Shown piece after piece: positions 54,750 to 64,000 of a stretch of DNA of 64,000 nucleotides (position 1 is the first letter of the stretch; each line of letters opens with the position of its first letter). Made by a program: the position numbers and the translations under genes. Below the pieces are notes generated by a model. The model searched no databases. It was not told the DNA's origin and saw only the letters and a list, made by a program, of their open reading frames with translations. The DNA is from Terriglobia bacterium (GTDB taxonomy: Bacteria; Acidobacteriota; Terriglobia; 20CM-2-55-15): NCBI GenBank assembly GCA_965218585.1, contig CBDCLE010000022.1, positions 125,526 to 189,525 on the forward strand, read 5' to 3'.

Positions 54750-55112
54750 CTAATAGACCATTATCCGAATTCGCCGCCATCGTCGGAGCCAATGTCTCGC
54801 GGCGGTGGGAATAAGCTCGGGTACTGGGACTGGTGGTCGACTACGGCAGTGATTCCGAACCGTCTGCTTGACAGGGAAGTTACGATTAGGCCTTAATTTA
54901 TCAGGAGCCCCTTCACGTCGATATCGCGGAAACTCTTGAAGCACCATTAAATATAGTCAGACACATGTGGCAAGCGCGGGAACTTCCTGTTTCCCCTATT
55001 CGGCTCAGACGTCAAGCTGGACCGGATGAACTGAGTTAAAACAGGCACACACATCTATGCAGCAAACTGAATCTACGGCATTGCCTACTTCAAAAAATAA
55101 TCACTGACAGCC

Positions 55113-56090
55113 ATGGCCCCGCTCCGTTTCCGTCTTTGGATTTACCCGTCGCTGGTTGTTCTCATATATGTTCTGTGGACCGGCTATATGGCCATCTCTG
55201 ATAACTGGCATCTGTTCAAGGAATTTTGGACCGTGTCGGTCACCATGGCCTTTGGCTCGTTTATAGCCGGAGCCACGCCTCAAGGTGGGGCCACTGTAGC
55301 CTTTCCCGTTTTTACCAAGGTTCTTCAATTTCCCTCAAGTGATGCCCGGACATTTGGACTCCTGATCCAGGCTATAGGCATGACGATGGCGTCGGTGCTT
55401 ATCGTTGCGCGGCGCATCCCGATCTTGGGGCACATCGTTGGCTGGACTTCGCTGGGCGGAGGTATCGGGATCGTGATTGGCGTTTATGCCTTTCAGATCC
55501 CGCCGCCCTTTCCGAGGATCCTCTTTACGTTTGTGGCCACGGCTTTCGGCGTCGCTATGGCCCTCTCGCGGTGGGGCCTGAAATGGTCTCCGCTCAGGGA
55601 TATACACAACTGGAACAACAGTCACCGCTCTATCTTCGTGATTATTGGCTTTTTTGGGGGAGCCTTTTCTGCCAACACGGGGGCCGGCACCGACATGCTG
55701 GCTTTTATCGTGCTAACCCTGGCGTTTGGCATCGACGAAAAAATCAGCACTCCGACGTCCGTCGTGATCATGGGCATCAACTCGTTGATTGGCGCTTTCA
55801 TGTATGGGGCTGTCCTGCAAGATGTGGGTATTGCCTCGAGCTATTGGCTGGTTGCGGCCCCGATTGTAATCCTGGGGGCACCCCTGGGTGCTTTCGTGGT
55901 TTCGATCGTCAAGAGAGATCATCTCATCCTGTTCATCCTGTTCTTAGTCGGTGTCGAACTGACGACAACTATCTGGCTGATACCGTTCACTCCGACCATA
56001 ACTACAGTCGTCGTTATTGCCGTAGCCATCTGTATCGTGTGGTTCTCGGGGATGCTCTACTACCGTCACAGGGTCATTACCCATACCTGA
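55113..56090 (+). CDS. TauE/SafE sulfite-exporter family membrane protein
   Basis: GSFIAGATPQGG..AFPVFT, A.TFGL.IQ..GM, PTSVV.M, GAPLGA. Confidence 0.8.
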   Translation: MAPLRFRLWIYPSLVVLIYVLWTGYMAISDNWHLFKEFWTVSVTMAFGSFIAGATPQGGATVAFPVFTKVLQFPSSDARTFGLLIQAIGMTMASVLIVARRIPILGHIVGWTSLGGGIGIVIGVYAFQIPPPFPRILFTFVATAFGVAMALSRWGLKWSPLRDIHNWNNSHRSIFVIIGFFGGAFSANTGAGTDMLAFIVLTLAFGIDEKISTPTSVVIMGINSLIGAFMYGAVLQDVGIASSYWLVAAPIVILGAPLGAFVVSIVKRDHLILFILFLVGVELTTTIWLIPFTPTITTVVVIAVAICIVWFSGMLYYRHRVITHT

Positions 56091-57969
56091 CGTGTCGAGC
56101 ACTCTTGTTCCAGATGTGGAATGAATTTCTGGCCAACCTCCTCATCGTAAAGCAGACAAAAAAGGGTCGTTTCCGAGCGACCCTTTTCTGCGCCTTTGCG
56201 ATGGCCCAAAATCGATTAACGAACGTATGATCAGCGACAATCAAAACTCCCGGCCGTATTGCCTCATTTAAAAATGTTACCGAACTGAGGGTTGTTGCCT
56301 CATCGAAAATGTTACCGAACGACCGGTCAAACGGGAGAGTTCTTCCCGCCGTCGAGGCTGTGGGGCGACCGCCTTTTCCACAGCCCCCGTCGCCCGCAGA
56401 TGCTGAAGCCAGGCGGACCCGATCCAGTTCGAGCCACTCGCCATCGAAAGTCTCCAGAATCTGACGCCGCCATTCGCGCACGCGCCGCTGCAGGGTCCGT
56501 AACTGACCGTTGGGGTAACGTCCCGGGCGCCGCTGCTGAAGCTCAAGCAACAGCGACTTTGATGTTCGCCCGGGATCGGATTCAAGCCATGACCGCATCT
56601 CCTCCCAGACGCCGTCGAACGGGTCCGGGCGAGTACGCCAGGTGTGGGGCACAGGTTGTTTCCGTGTTTTGCGATACCGACGCGTGATTCGTTGCTCGAA
56701 GCCGGGATCGGGGAGTTCCGCCTCAATCGGGGCTCGGTCTGCATCTGCGTCGCAGTTCGGGGACACAAGGGCGGCGCGCACGATGTCGTCCGTTAGCGTG
56801 GGAGAGGCCAGTTCCTTCGCATGTCTCCAGAATGCATCCTGGAGTTTCTCAAGCTGTCGTAGGAGATCGACCGGATCCGAACGTTCATAAATCGCAGCAA
56901 GGCGAACGCGAACCTCCGGGTCGAGCGCATCCGAATTCGAGAGCCGTTGATAGGGTGTTTGCGCGATATCGTAGCGTTTCGTCACCCGGGATCCATCGCG
57001 AGTCTTCGTCGTGAGCTTCATGGACGGCTGGAAGAAGTTCACGTAGAGCCGGACCACTCGGTAGAGCTCGGCAAGCTGCCTGTATGCCAGTGAGCCTTCG
57101 TAGCGGTCGTAGCCGACCAATTGGCGGACGATCGAGCCGTTCTTCTGTTCGACGAAGCACTGGTCGTTCTTCCGGCGCGCCCGGCCTCGGGTGAATTGAA
57201 TCGTTTCACGCTCGCAGTAGGCGAGGAGTCCGTAGTTCATGAACTCGGAACCGTTATCCGTGTCCAGGCCGACAAGCTGAAACGGAAGGATCTGCCGTGC
57301 CGTCGTGAGCGCCTGCAGAATGTCCGCCTCCGTACGCCGTAGCAACGCCAGACATTCGGTCCAGCCGGTCGCCACGTCGGTCAGTACCAGGGTGTGGAGG
57401 AAAGGGCCTTCCGAGTTCCCGCCGCAGTGTGCAACCAAGTCCGCTTCCATGAATCCCGGCCGCGTGTCCGCCCAGTCGGCGAATGTGCGAATCGGAACGC
57501 GGTGTTTGAGTAACTGTCCGGACTTGGTGGTGGTCTTGCCGTGCGGTCGATGATCGAATCGGAATTGACGGAAGATCCGATCAGCCGTGGCGGCGCTCAG
57601 CTCAAGCAGATCCGCCCGCGTTTTATCAGACAATGACAGATGCCCGTGACGCTCCATGGTCGGGATCAGCTCCGGCAGAAACGGAACGAGCCGTTTGCCA
57701 CAGACATCATTGACTGTGCGCCAGGCCGCGATCAGGGCGGCCTGCACCGCGGGGCCGTATCGACGGACCCGGCCGCGCGGTTGCCGTCGGGGCCGTTCGC
57801 CCCTCAGAATGTCGTTCAGAAGCCGTGTCGCGTGCTTCCGATGGAACCCGGTCGATTCAAGGAACTCATCCAGGATTCGCTTCTTCTCCGGTCGCGCCGC
57901 ATTCTTGTAGCGAACCGCCGTTCGTAGAGCTAATTCTCGCCTTGCCGCAACAGTCATGTGTGTCCTCAC
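56077..57969 (-). CDS. Integrase-core (rve) DDE transposase; frame reads through the IR
   Basis: PGFMEADLVAHCG, DTDNGSEF, KNDQCFVEQKN, VRQLVGY.RY; tail WRTRPDPF, LRTLQRRV. Confidence 0.85.
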   Translation of the reverse strand: MRTHMTVAARRELALRTAVRYKNAARPEKKRILDEFLESTGFHRKHATRLLNDILRGERPRRQPRGRVRRYGPAVQAALIAAWRTVNDVCGKRLVPFLPELIPTMERHGHLSLSDKTRADLLELSAATADRIFRQFRFDHRPHGKTTTKSGQLLKHRVPIRTFADWADTRPGFMEADLVAHCGGNSEGPFLHTLVLTDVATGWTECLALLRRTEADILQALTTARQILPFQLVGLDTDNGSEFMNYGLLAYCERETIQFTRGRARRKNDQCFVEQKNGSIVRQLVGYDRYEGSLAYRQLAELYRVVRLYVNFFQPSMKLTTKTRDGSRVTKRYDIAQTPYQRLSNSDALDPEVRVRLAAIYERSDPVDLLRQLEKLQDAFWRHAKELASPTLTDDIVRAALVSPNCDADADRAPIEAELPDPGFEQRITRRYRKTRKQPVPHTWRTRPDPFDGVWEEMRSWLESDPGRTSKSLLLELQQRRPGRYPNGQLRTLQRRVREWRRQILETFDGEWLELDRVRLASASAGDGGCGKGGRPTASTAGRTLPFDRSFGNIFDEATTLSSVTFLNEAIRPGVLIVADHTFVNRFWAIAKAQKRVARKRPFFVCFTMRRLARNSFHIWNKSARHVRYG

Positions 57970-58056
57970 TTCCCACCTCCGTTCTCATAGAGTTGGGTAA
58001 CATTTCTAATGAGGCAACAACCCTCAGTTCGGTAACATTTTCAATGAGTCAATGCG
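56255..58056 (-). mobile_element. rve/ISNCY-like insertion sequence
   Basis: About 62-bp terminal IRs, each with two TTG(C/A)CTCAT..AAATGTTACC units; no clear TSD. Confidence 0.82.
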
Positions 58057-58136
58057 AGAAGGAATTCTGATTGACGTTGGACACCGGCGGCCAATGCCGG
58101 TCGCCCGCCAACCAAAGATATGAGAGGAGACACACT

Positions 58137-58652
58137 ATGAATCACAAGAAGCAGCTTACTTTGGTAGCCCTTGTCCTTCTCGCAACGACAGCGTGTTCTT
58201 CGCGGAGAGTGAGCGTGATCATTCCAGCTACACAGCCGTTGTCGGCTTTCTCCGTCTTGGAGGTTGCAGAGATCGACACCAACGTTCCGGACGTCGAGTT
58301 TCAAGTTCCGATCAACATGAGGCAAGAGCTCGTCCAGAAGATATCCGAAATAAGAAGGTTTCGATCCGTCACCCAACAGACCGATGAAACCGAGGGGGTA
58401 TTGCGCTTGGAGAGCACGATCCTCAGCTATGAGAAGGGTTCTCGGGCGAAGCGGTACCTCATCGGATTTGGAACTGGAAAGAGCTATATGACCATGCGCG
58501 GGATCATGATCAACAAGACCACAGGGGAGAAGGTGTTCGAAGGGGACTTCGAAGGAGAGATTTCTGGCGGCTTCCTTGGTGGAAGCTCCAGATCCACCGA
58601 GAACGCCGTGGTTGATGAAGTCCGGGACTACTTCAGGGAAAGATTTCCCTAG
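58137..58652 (+). CDS. DUF4410-like lipoprotein
   Basis: TTAC lipobox; YEKGSRAKRYLIGFGTG. Confidence 0.7.
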   Translation: MNHKKQLTLVALVLLATTACSSRRVSVIIPATQPLSAFSVLEVAEIDTNVPDVEFQVPINMRQELVQKISEIRRFRSVTQQTDETEGVLRLESTILSYEKGSRAKRYLIGFGTGKSYMTMRGIMINKTTGEKVFEGDFEGEISGGFLGGSSRSTENAVVDEVRDYFRERFP

Positions 58653-58785
58653 AAATAGCGACCGTGAAACGGGGGAGAGTTTCATTCTTCTCCCCCGTCA
58701 TGATTCGCCCGCTCGGTATCGCTGGACGGGGCAATTTTTTTCAAATTCATACTTTCTTGCGAATTTGAGATCCCTTCCCATTGAT

Positions 58786-59214
58786 TTAGCAAGAAGGAGG
58801 GGGAGCCAAGTTGTACCACTGTTTTGTATCCAGAACAGGAGATGGCACACCCAATGCGTTGAGCCTATCCCTAAGTCTCAGCATTTTTACCTCTGTCTTA
58901 GCTGAGATGTAGTCTCTCCTTATCGAAACGTCGACGAGCAGAGCATCAAGAACTTCTTCAATATCCTCATGGAGAACGTAAAATCGTCCACTCGGAAGCA
59001 TTCTTCTAATCGCGCTCTGCATAGTGACCACGACCCAACCTATAGACAATATCGTCACGCTGATAGCAACAATGGGAAGGAAGGCTCCCACGATTGGAAT
59101 GACCTGCGTCATTTTCGTGGTAGCCCCCTGAAAATCGACCAGTAGGCCACATGAGCCACCCAAAGCAGCGACAGCTTTCCAAGGCGAGAGTTCGCTATTC
59201 TTCCAGCGCGACAT
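58786..59214 (-). CDS. Hypothetical membrane protein
   Basis: 142-aa ORF with hydrophobic segments in a lower-GC patch. Confidence 0.4.
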   Translation of the reverse strand: MSRWKNSELSPWKAVAALGGSCGLLVDFQGATTKMTQVIPIVGAFLPIVAISVTILSIGWVVVTMQSAIRRMLPSGRFYVLHEDIEEVLDALLVDVSIRRDYISAKTEVKMLRLRDRLNALGVPSPVLDTKQWYNLAPPPSC

Positions 59215-59333
59215 CGGGCCATGCTAACCCCTGCGTTTTGTGTGTAAAGTATATAATCACCAGTTGTTCCTGGGAACGGCCTCGATGGGTTCATTTGGCA
59301 TTGTCAAGTTAAACTGCTTGACGAGATTATCGA

Positions 59334-60759
59334 AGCTGTCCCGAACGTAGTTGAAACTTTCGATAGCGGTTCGGGTCATCAGTTAAGCCACCTTGGATTT
59401 GTCGTCGTCGGTGACCGCGTCGTTGAGCTTGGCCTGAAGCATCCAAAGATCGCGATATCCCTGGATTCGACGGAAGCCCTTCTCGGTAGCCAGGAAGGCC
59501 GAGGCGGCCCATCGTAGCACCATCTGGCCCGTTCCGCCATCGACCGACCCGACGTGTTCGGATACGGATTCCGGAGTGGGAACTGTCGATGATGTTCGTC
59601 GTCCCCAGGCAGAGTCGCAGCGAAGAGGAGAGCTCGAGCCGATTGATGGTGAACAGCTCGTCCAAACCTTCTTCGAGGCTGGCTGCCGCGTCGGGATGGT
59701 GCGGTCGCAGCCATTGGGCTTGTTTCCGTAGTTTGGCGATGCCTTCTTTCCACGGTAACCGGAATGCCGCCTTCATGACCGAACGAACCTGGTCCGCCAG
59801 GTCCTCGGGGAGTTTGGCGGTGACGTTCCGGATTTTGTGGTTCCGGCAGCGCTGGACCGGATGGGATTTGCCGAAGACGCGGTCGATCGCGCTGCGCAAC
59901 GCCTTCGAGCCGTCGATGACGAACAGGTATCGCCGGCGAGGATCGATACCACGCTCGATCAGGTCCTCCAACAATGCCGTGGTGGTGGCTCCGTTCTCGC
60001 TGGCTCCATCCTTTATTCCCAGGACGACCTTCTCGCCCTCCACGTCCACGCCCACGGCGCAGAGAACGTGATGTTCGCCGAAGATGACCCCGTCCAGATA
60101 GATCACGAGAAACTCTCTCTCGTCGAATCGTCGTTCGGTCAGCCGTTTCAACTCCCGGCCACTATGTTCGACGAAGTTCCGGCTGAACCGACGATTTGCT
60201 GATCCCTACCGTGTTCGCCATCTCTGGAATCACTCGCTCGTAGTTCCGCGTCGAGACGTTGGCCATCAGAATCTCCAGCACGCGGTCTCCCAGCTTCCCG
60301 TTGGCGTTGATCGCTCATAGGCCGGGACCTCGACTTCGCGTCCCTTCCCCGGCCCCTTCTCCCGCAACCGCGGCTTGCGAACCCGCAGCTTGCGATCCGA
60401 CAATCGCACGCTCCCAGCTTGGCTTCCATACCAGCGGATCGATTCTTTCTTCCGGCCCCGTTGCTTCTCGCCGGCCACGCCCCGCGCCGACAATCCCAAC
60501 ACGGCCTCGATGCTGGCCCGGCCCAACACGTCGATCAGCTCGTCGATAGCCATCCGGGAGGCTTCGATCAACTCGACCATCGGCAGCAATAACTGCCCGT
60601 TCTCTGTCAGATATTCCGCGAGCGACCGGCTGTCCTCACGGTTCACGATTCGGTATGCTTTCATTGGCGGTTCTTCCTTTCTTTGTGTTGCCCAACCCGA
60701 TTCTACGGAGTCGGGCGGATGAACCGCCATCTAACCTTCAGCTAGAAATAGGGCAGCCT
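59334..60759 (-). mobile_element. Degenerate IS256-family element with multiply frameshifted transposase
   Basis: Pieces RKPRLR, VSTRNY, IYLDG, VIDGSKAL, QRCRNHK, TTNIIDS in different frames; imperfect IRs; boundaries approximate. Confidence 0.78.
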
Positions 60760-60835
60760 CCCTCACAATATTCTGGCTACCATAGTCGTTAACAGTCGGA
60801 AACAGACCCCGTTTCACCTTTTCTCGGACACCGCC

Positions 60836-60925
60836 TTGAAAACCGTCGCTTACCTCCGCGTCTCCACTCGTTCGCAGGATCTCGCCAACCGGAAGCTGAC
60901 GATCCTCGAAGCCCATTTGGCTTGA
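60836..60925 (+). pseudogene. Serine recombinase N-terminal remnant
   Basis: KTVAYLRVSTRSQDLANRKLTILE then stop. Confidence 0.6.
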
Positions 60926-60956
60926 CACGCCCTGACTGGTCTCTAATACTGGTCAT

Positions 60957-61196
60957 ATGGAAACCATCAACGCATCCGACTTCAAGGCCCGATGTTTGGC
61001 TATCCTCGATCGCGTAAAGGCTACTGGAGAGCGGGTGGTCATCCTGAAGCGCGGTCGGCCTGTGGCGGAGCTGTGGCCCGCCAGCCGAACCCATGCCGAG
61101 TATCCACAGTTGGAGCTCAAGGGTACCGTCATTGTGAACGGCGACATTGTTGAGCCGGCAGTTCCGGAAGAACACTGGGAAAGCTTCGGGCAATGA
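60957..61196 (+). CDS. Phd/YefM family antitoxin
   Basis: INASDFKARCLAILD.V..TGE.VVI.KRGRPVA.L. Confidence 0.9.
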   Translation: METINASDFKARCLAILDRVKATGERVVILKRGRPVAELWPASRTHAEYPQLELKGTVIVNGDIVEPAVPEEHWESFGQ

Positions 61197-61591
61197 CGGC
61201 TCTGCTTGACACGCATGTCCTGATCTGGTGGCTCAACGACAGCAATCGGCTCTCGCGGGCTCAGCAGGAAGTCGTCGCGTCATCCAGTGCCGAGTCACCA
61301 CTGTTGGTATCTGATATTTCGCTCTGGGAAGTGGCGACATTGCACAGTCTGGGTCGCATCCAGCTAACGATTCCCCTTCGGGCATGGTTGGACAAGGCGG
61401 TGGCGCCGCCGCTGGTGCGGCGGCACGGCATCTCCCCGGCCATCGCGTCGGAGTTGGCCACGCTACCCGACTCCTTTCACCGCGATCCGGCAGATCGAAT
61501 CCTCGTGGCGACCGCCCGGGTTCTCGGCGCGACACTGTTGACACAGGATCGCAGGATCGTCGACGCAGCGCTGGTCAACACGTTGCACTGA
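61193..61591 (+). CDS. vapC: VapC family PIN-domain toxin
   Basis: LLDTHVLIW, S.ISLWE, HRDPADR, LLTQD; ATGA overlap with antitoxin. Confidence 0.9.
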   Translation: MTALLDTHVLIWWLNDSNRLSRAQQEVVASSSAESPLLVSDISLWEVATLHSLGRIQLTIPLRAWLDKAVAPPLVRRHGISPAIASELATLPDSFHRDPADRILVATARVLGATLLTQDRRIVDAALVNTLH

Positions 61592-61960
61592 CCGGAGGCC
61601 GGAGAATACTGGAGGTGCGATTCCTCCGGTCTACCGGCCCCCCCATCCTGTTCGGCGGGACGGCGGGACGATCCTCAGAGGGCCGGCTGCGTTTCTTTAC
61701 CCGGTCGGGGGAGCCATGGCCCTGAATCTGCGATGACGTCCGGACTGGCCCAGACGGGCTCCCGTTCGGGCGCCCCGCAACGGGAAGGGGCTTGTTGGGC
61801 TCCGGGGCTCCCGGCAGGCTGGACTGCGGAAATAGCAAGAGTCGGCTCGGGGAAGACTTCTATAACGAAATCAGCGCAGCCATTCGATACGACTGACATG
61901 AATATTTTCACGGCCCTTAAGCGCGACACCGCTCAAAATAGGGGCGCCGTGCTACGGGTT

Positions 61961-62610
61961 CTAAAACGTCAGCCGTAGGCTGAACTGGAATTGCCGCGGA
62001 TCGAACGCCGAGGCGAACGAAAGCGGTTCCGTGACCGGACCGCGCCGTCCGACGAGCCTTGCCGGAAGATCTTCAATGGAGGCGTTTCCAACCACGCCGT
62101 TCACCGTCTTGAAATTGGTGCGGTTCAGCAGGTTGAACGCTTCGCCGATGACCTGCAGGTTCACTGTTTCCGACAGCGGGATCGTGCGGGTGAGCCGCAT
62201 GTCGACGCTAAAGAAATCCGGACCTATCCCGGCGTTGCGGCCGAGGCCCCACGGGCGGTGGGTGTCGGTATGGCGGTCGCCGAGCGAATCGAAGCCGGTG
62301 GTCAGGTTGAATGGCGCGAACGAGTTCGCCGCCACGATTCCGGACAGTGTGAAATCCGCTAGCAGGTTGTGTCCGAAGCCGCGCCCCCGGGCGGCCTCCC
62401 ACGGGGACTGGGCGACCACATTTGCGACAAAACGGTGTCCGCGGTGATAGGCGGAGAGGGCGCGTTCGTTCCGGGCGTCCCACGGAATGTGCGGCTCGTA
62501 GGAGGAATTGTAGTCGGTGGTCTCGTCCATGGCCTTGCTCCAGGTGTGATGCGCCGAGATCGAAAACCCGTCCGAGAGCCGCTTCTCCAACTGCACGATC
62601 AGGGCATGGT
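61961..62610 (-). pseudogene. 3' fragment of a TonB-dependent receptor
   Basis: LEKRLS, TWSKAMD, GRN...GP.F...DMRL, EAFNLLN..NF, RQFQFSLRLTF with terminal Phe. Confidence 0.8.
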
Positions 62611-62629
62611 AGTCCGATCTTCCCCAACT

Positions 62630-62871
62630 GCCATGATGCAGAGGCGGTCACCGGGTCGGGCGTGATCGATGAGCTCGGCGAGGGCCGGGCGGTCGAAGCG
62701 CTGACCCGAGACGATGTCGGTGAAGACGCGAATGGCGCCCGCCTCAATGAGCCGGTCGCGCTGGGCGTCGGGATTCTGGTCGTGGGTCGAGACGCGGGCG
62801 TAGCCCAGGGTGTCGCCCAGGCGGGCCACCGTCTCAATATCGTTCGATTCCAGGACGGTTTTCGGGTGCAT
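62630..62871 (-). pseudogene. Tn3-type serine resolvase, truncated
   Basis: GYARVSTHDQN...SG..FDRP.L..RPGD, then junction into receptor fragment. Confidence 0.8.
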
Positions 62872-62968
62872 ACTTTGAGTTCCGTTCAAGGGGTTCGAGG
62901 CCGTCTTTTTATTCATCTCTTTATTCTAAGCCGTCTCGAAACCGGAACCATCGTTTTTGGGACGCGCC

Positions 62969-64000
62969 AATGGCTTCACGACAGCTTGTACCCGCATCGG
63001 TGCGCGAAGCGCTACTCGGGATTCCCTCCGACATCGCTTCGCTGGAGCGCAACTATCTTCTGTCCGATGATGATCTTGATTTGATCGGGACGCGCCGGCG
63101 CCCGGAGAACCGCCTCGGGCTGGCGCTCCACATCGCACTGTTGCGCCATCCGGGCCAAGGCTGGCACGACGACAGCGAACCGCCCGATCCCCTGGTCGCC
63201 TGGCTGGCCGAGCAGATCGAGGTGCCCTTTCCATGGGTTCCTCGACGCGTTTACCGATCTGCGCTCCGGGCGCGTTCACTCCAATCCGGCCGCTCTCCTT
63301 GCCGCGATTCTCGCCGGCGCAACCAACCTCGGACTGGAGCGCATGGCGCACGCGTCGAGCGGCGTGAGCCATGCACAGCTGTCGTGGGCCAGCGCCGGGT
63401 ATCTGCGTTCTGAAACCTACGCCGATGCCTTGGCGCGGATCATCGATGCCCACCACGCCCTGCCGTTCTCAAGCGTGTGGGGCAGCGCCAACAGGACCTC
63501 GTCGGGCGGGCAGTTCTTTGCGTCGGGTCGCAACGCCGGGGAGATCAACGCGAAATATGGTCCGGATCCGGGCCTCAAGATCTACTCCTTCCTGTCCGGG
63601 CGTTACGGCTCGTTCCATTCCAACGTGATCGGGACCACCGTGGGAGAGGCGCCGTTCGTGCTCGACGGACTGGCGGGAAACGCCGCCCAGTTCGACCCCC
63701 TCGTGCACCATGTCGATACCGGCGGCGTCTCTGACCACGTTTTCGCCCTGTTCCACCTGCTCGGCCTTTCGTTCGCACCGCGGCTGCGCGACTTTCCGGA
63801 TCGTCGGCTGGCGTGCTTCGGCAGGCCCGGCCGGTGGAAGGAACTCGCCCCCCCTCATGGGCAAGCCGATCAACGAGGAGGTCGTGCTCGGGCACTGGAA
63901 CGACGCCTTGCGGTTGACGGCCAGTATCAAAACCGTGTCCGTAAAGCCCTCGGCGATGCTGCGCAAGCTCGGCGCCTACCGCCAGCAGAACCGCCTGTAT
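62969..64000 (+). pseudogene. Tn3-family transposase with large internal deletion and frameshifts
   Basis: RRRPENRLGLAL N-terminus jumps to ILA.ATNLGLERMA, INAKYG, EAPFVLDGL, DTGG.SDHVF..FAPRLRD. Confidence 0.85.

Larger units (their letters stand above)
52162..54765 (+). mobile_element. IS1-family cargo-carrying element (~2.6 kb)
   Basis: IRs GGTAATGGTCTATTAG (52162) / CTAATAGACCATTATC (54750-54765); flanks CGGATTCG / CGAATTCG (7 of 8 match, probable TSD). Confidence 0.8.

Overview
Bacterial chromosomal window. The gene families (DUF6152/DUF6644 pair, D2-only Clp ATPase, TonB-receptor tail) suggest an Acidobacteriota-like organism; this is inference. The housekeeping backbone is thyX, tRNA-Lys, polX, queG, hom, glnS, a two-subunit 2-oxoacid:ferredoxin oxidoreductase and monomeric icd. 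Three accessory themes are interleaved. (1) An unusual type IV filament locus: four paralogous ~395-aa GspG-derived pilins, three ~200-260-aa GspG-like pilins, a pilin remnant and a ~1036-aa IPT/TIG-repeat surface protein, with tandem TMTC-like glycosyltransferases and a PilZ protein nearby. Much of it is disrupted. (2) Two inverted copies of one group II intron. Each needs a one-nucleotide non-canonical boundary to restore its host frame, and each is parasitised by IS256 elements, one as a four-level nest. (3) A mobile-element-rich right end. It includes a 2.6-kb IS1-family element carrying cargo ORFs and an atypical long-variable-arm tRNA-like gene, an rve/ISNCY-like element, a Phd-VapC toxin-antitoxin pair and Tn3 remnants. 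A conserved nested-hairpin motif sits just inside one end of three different IS elements. Several frameshifts are in homopolymers and may be sequencing errors. All calls are by eye, without database searches.
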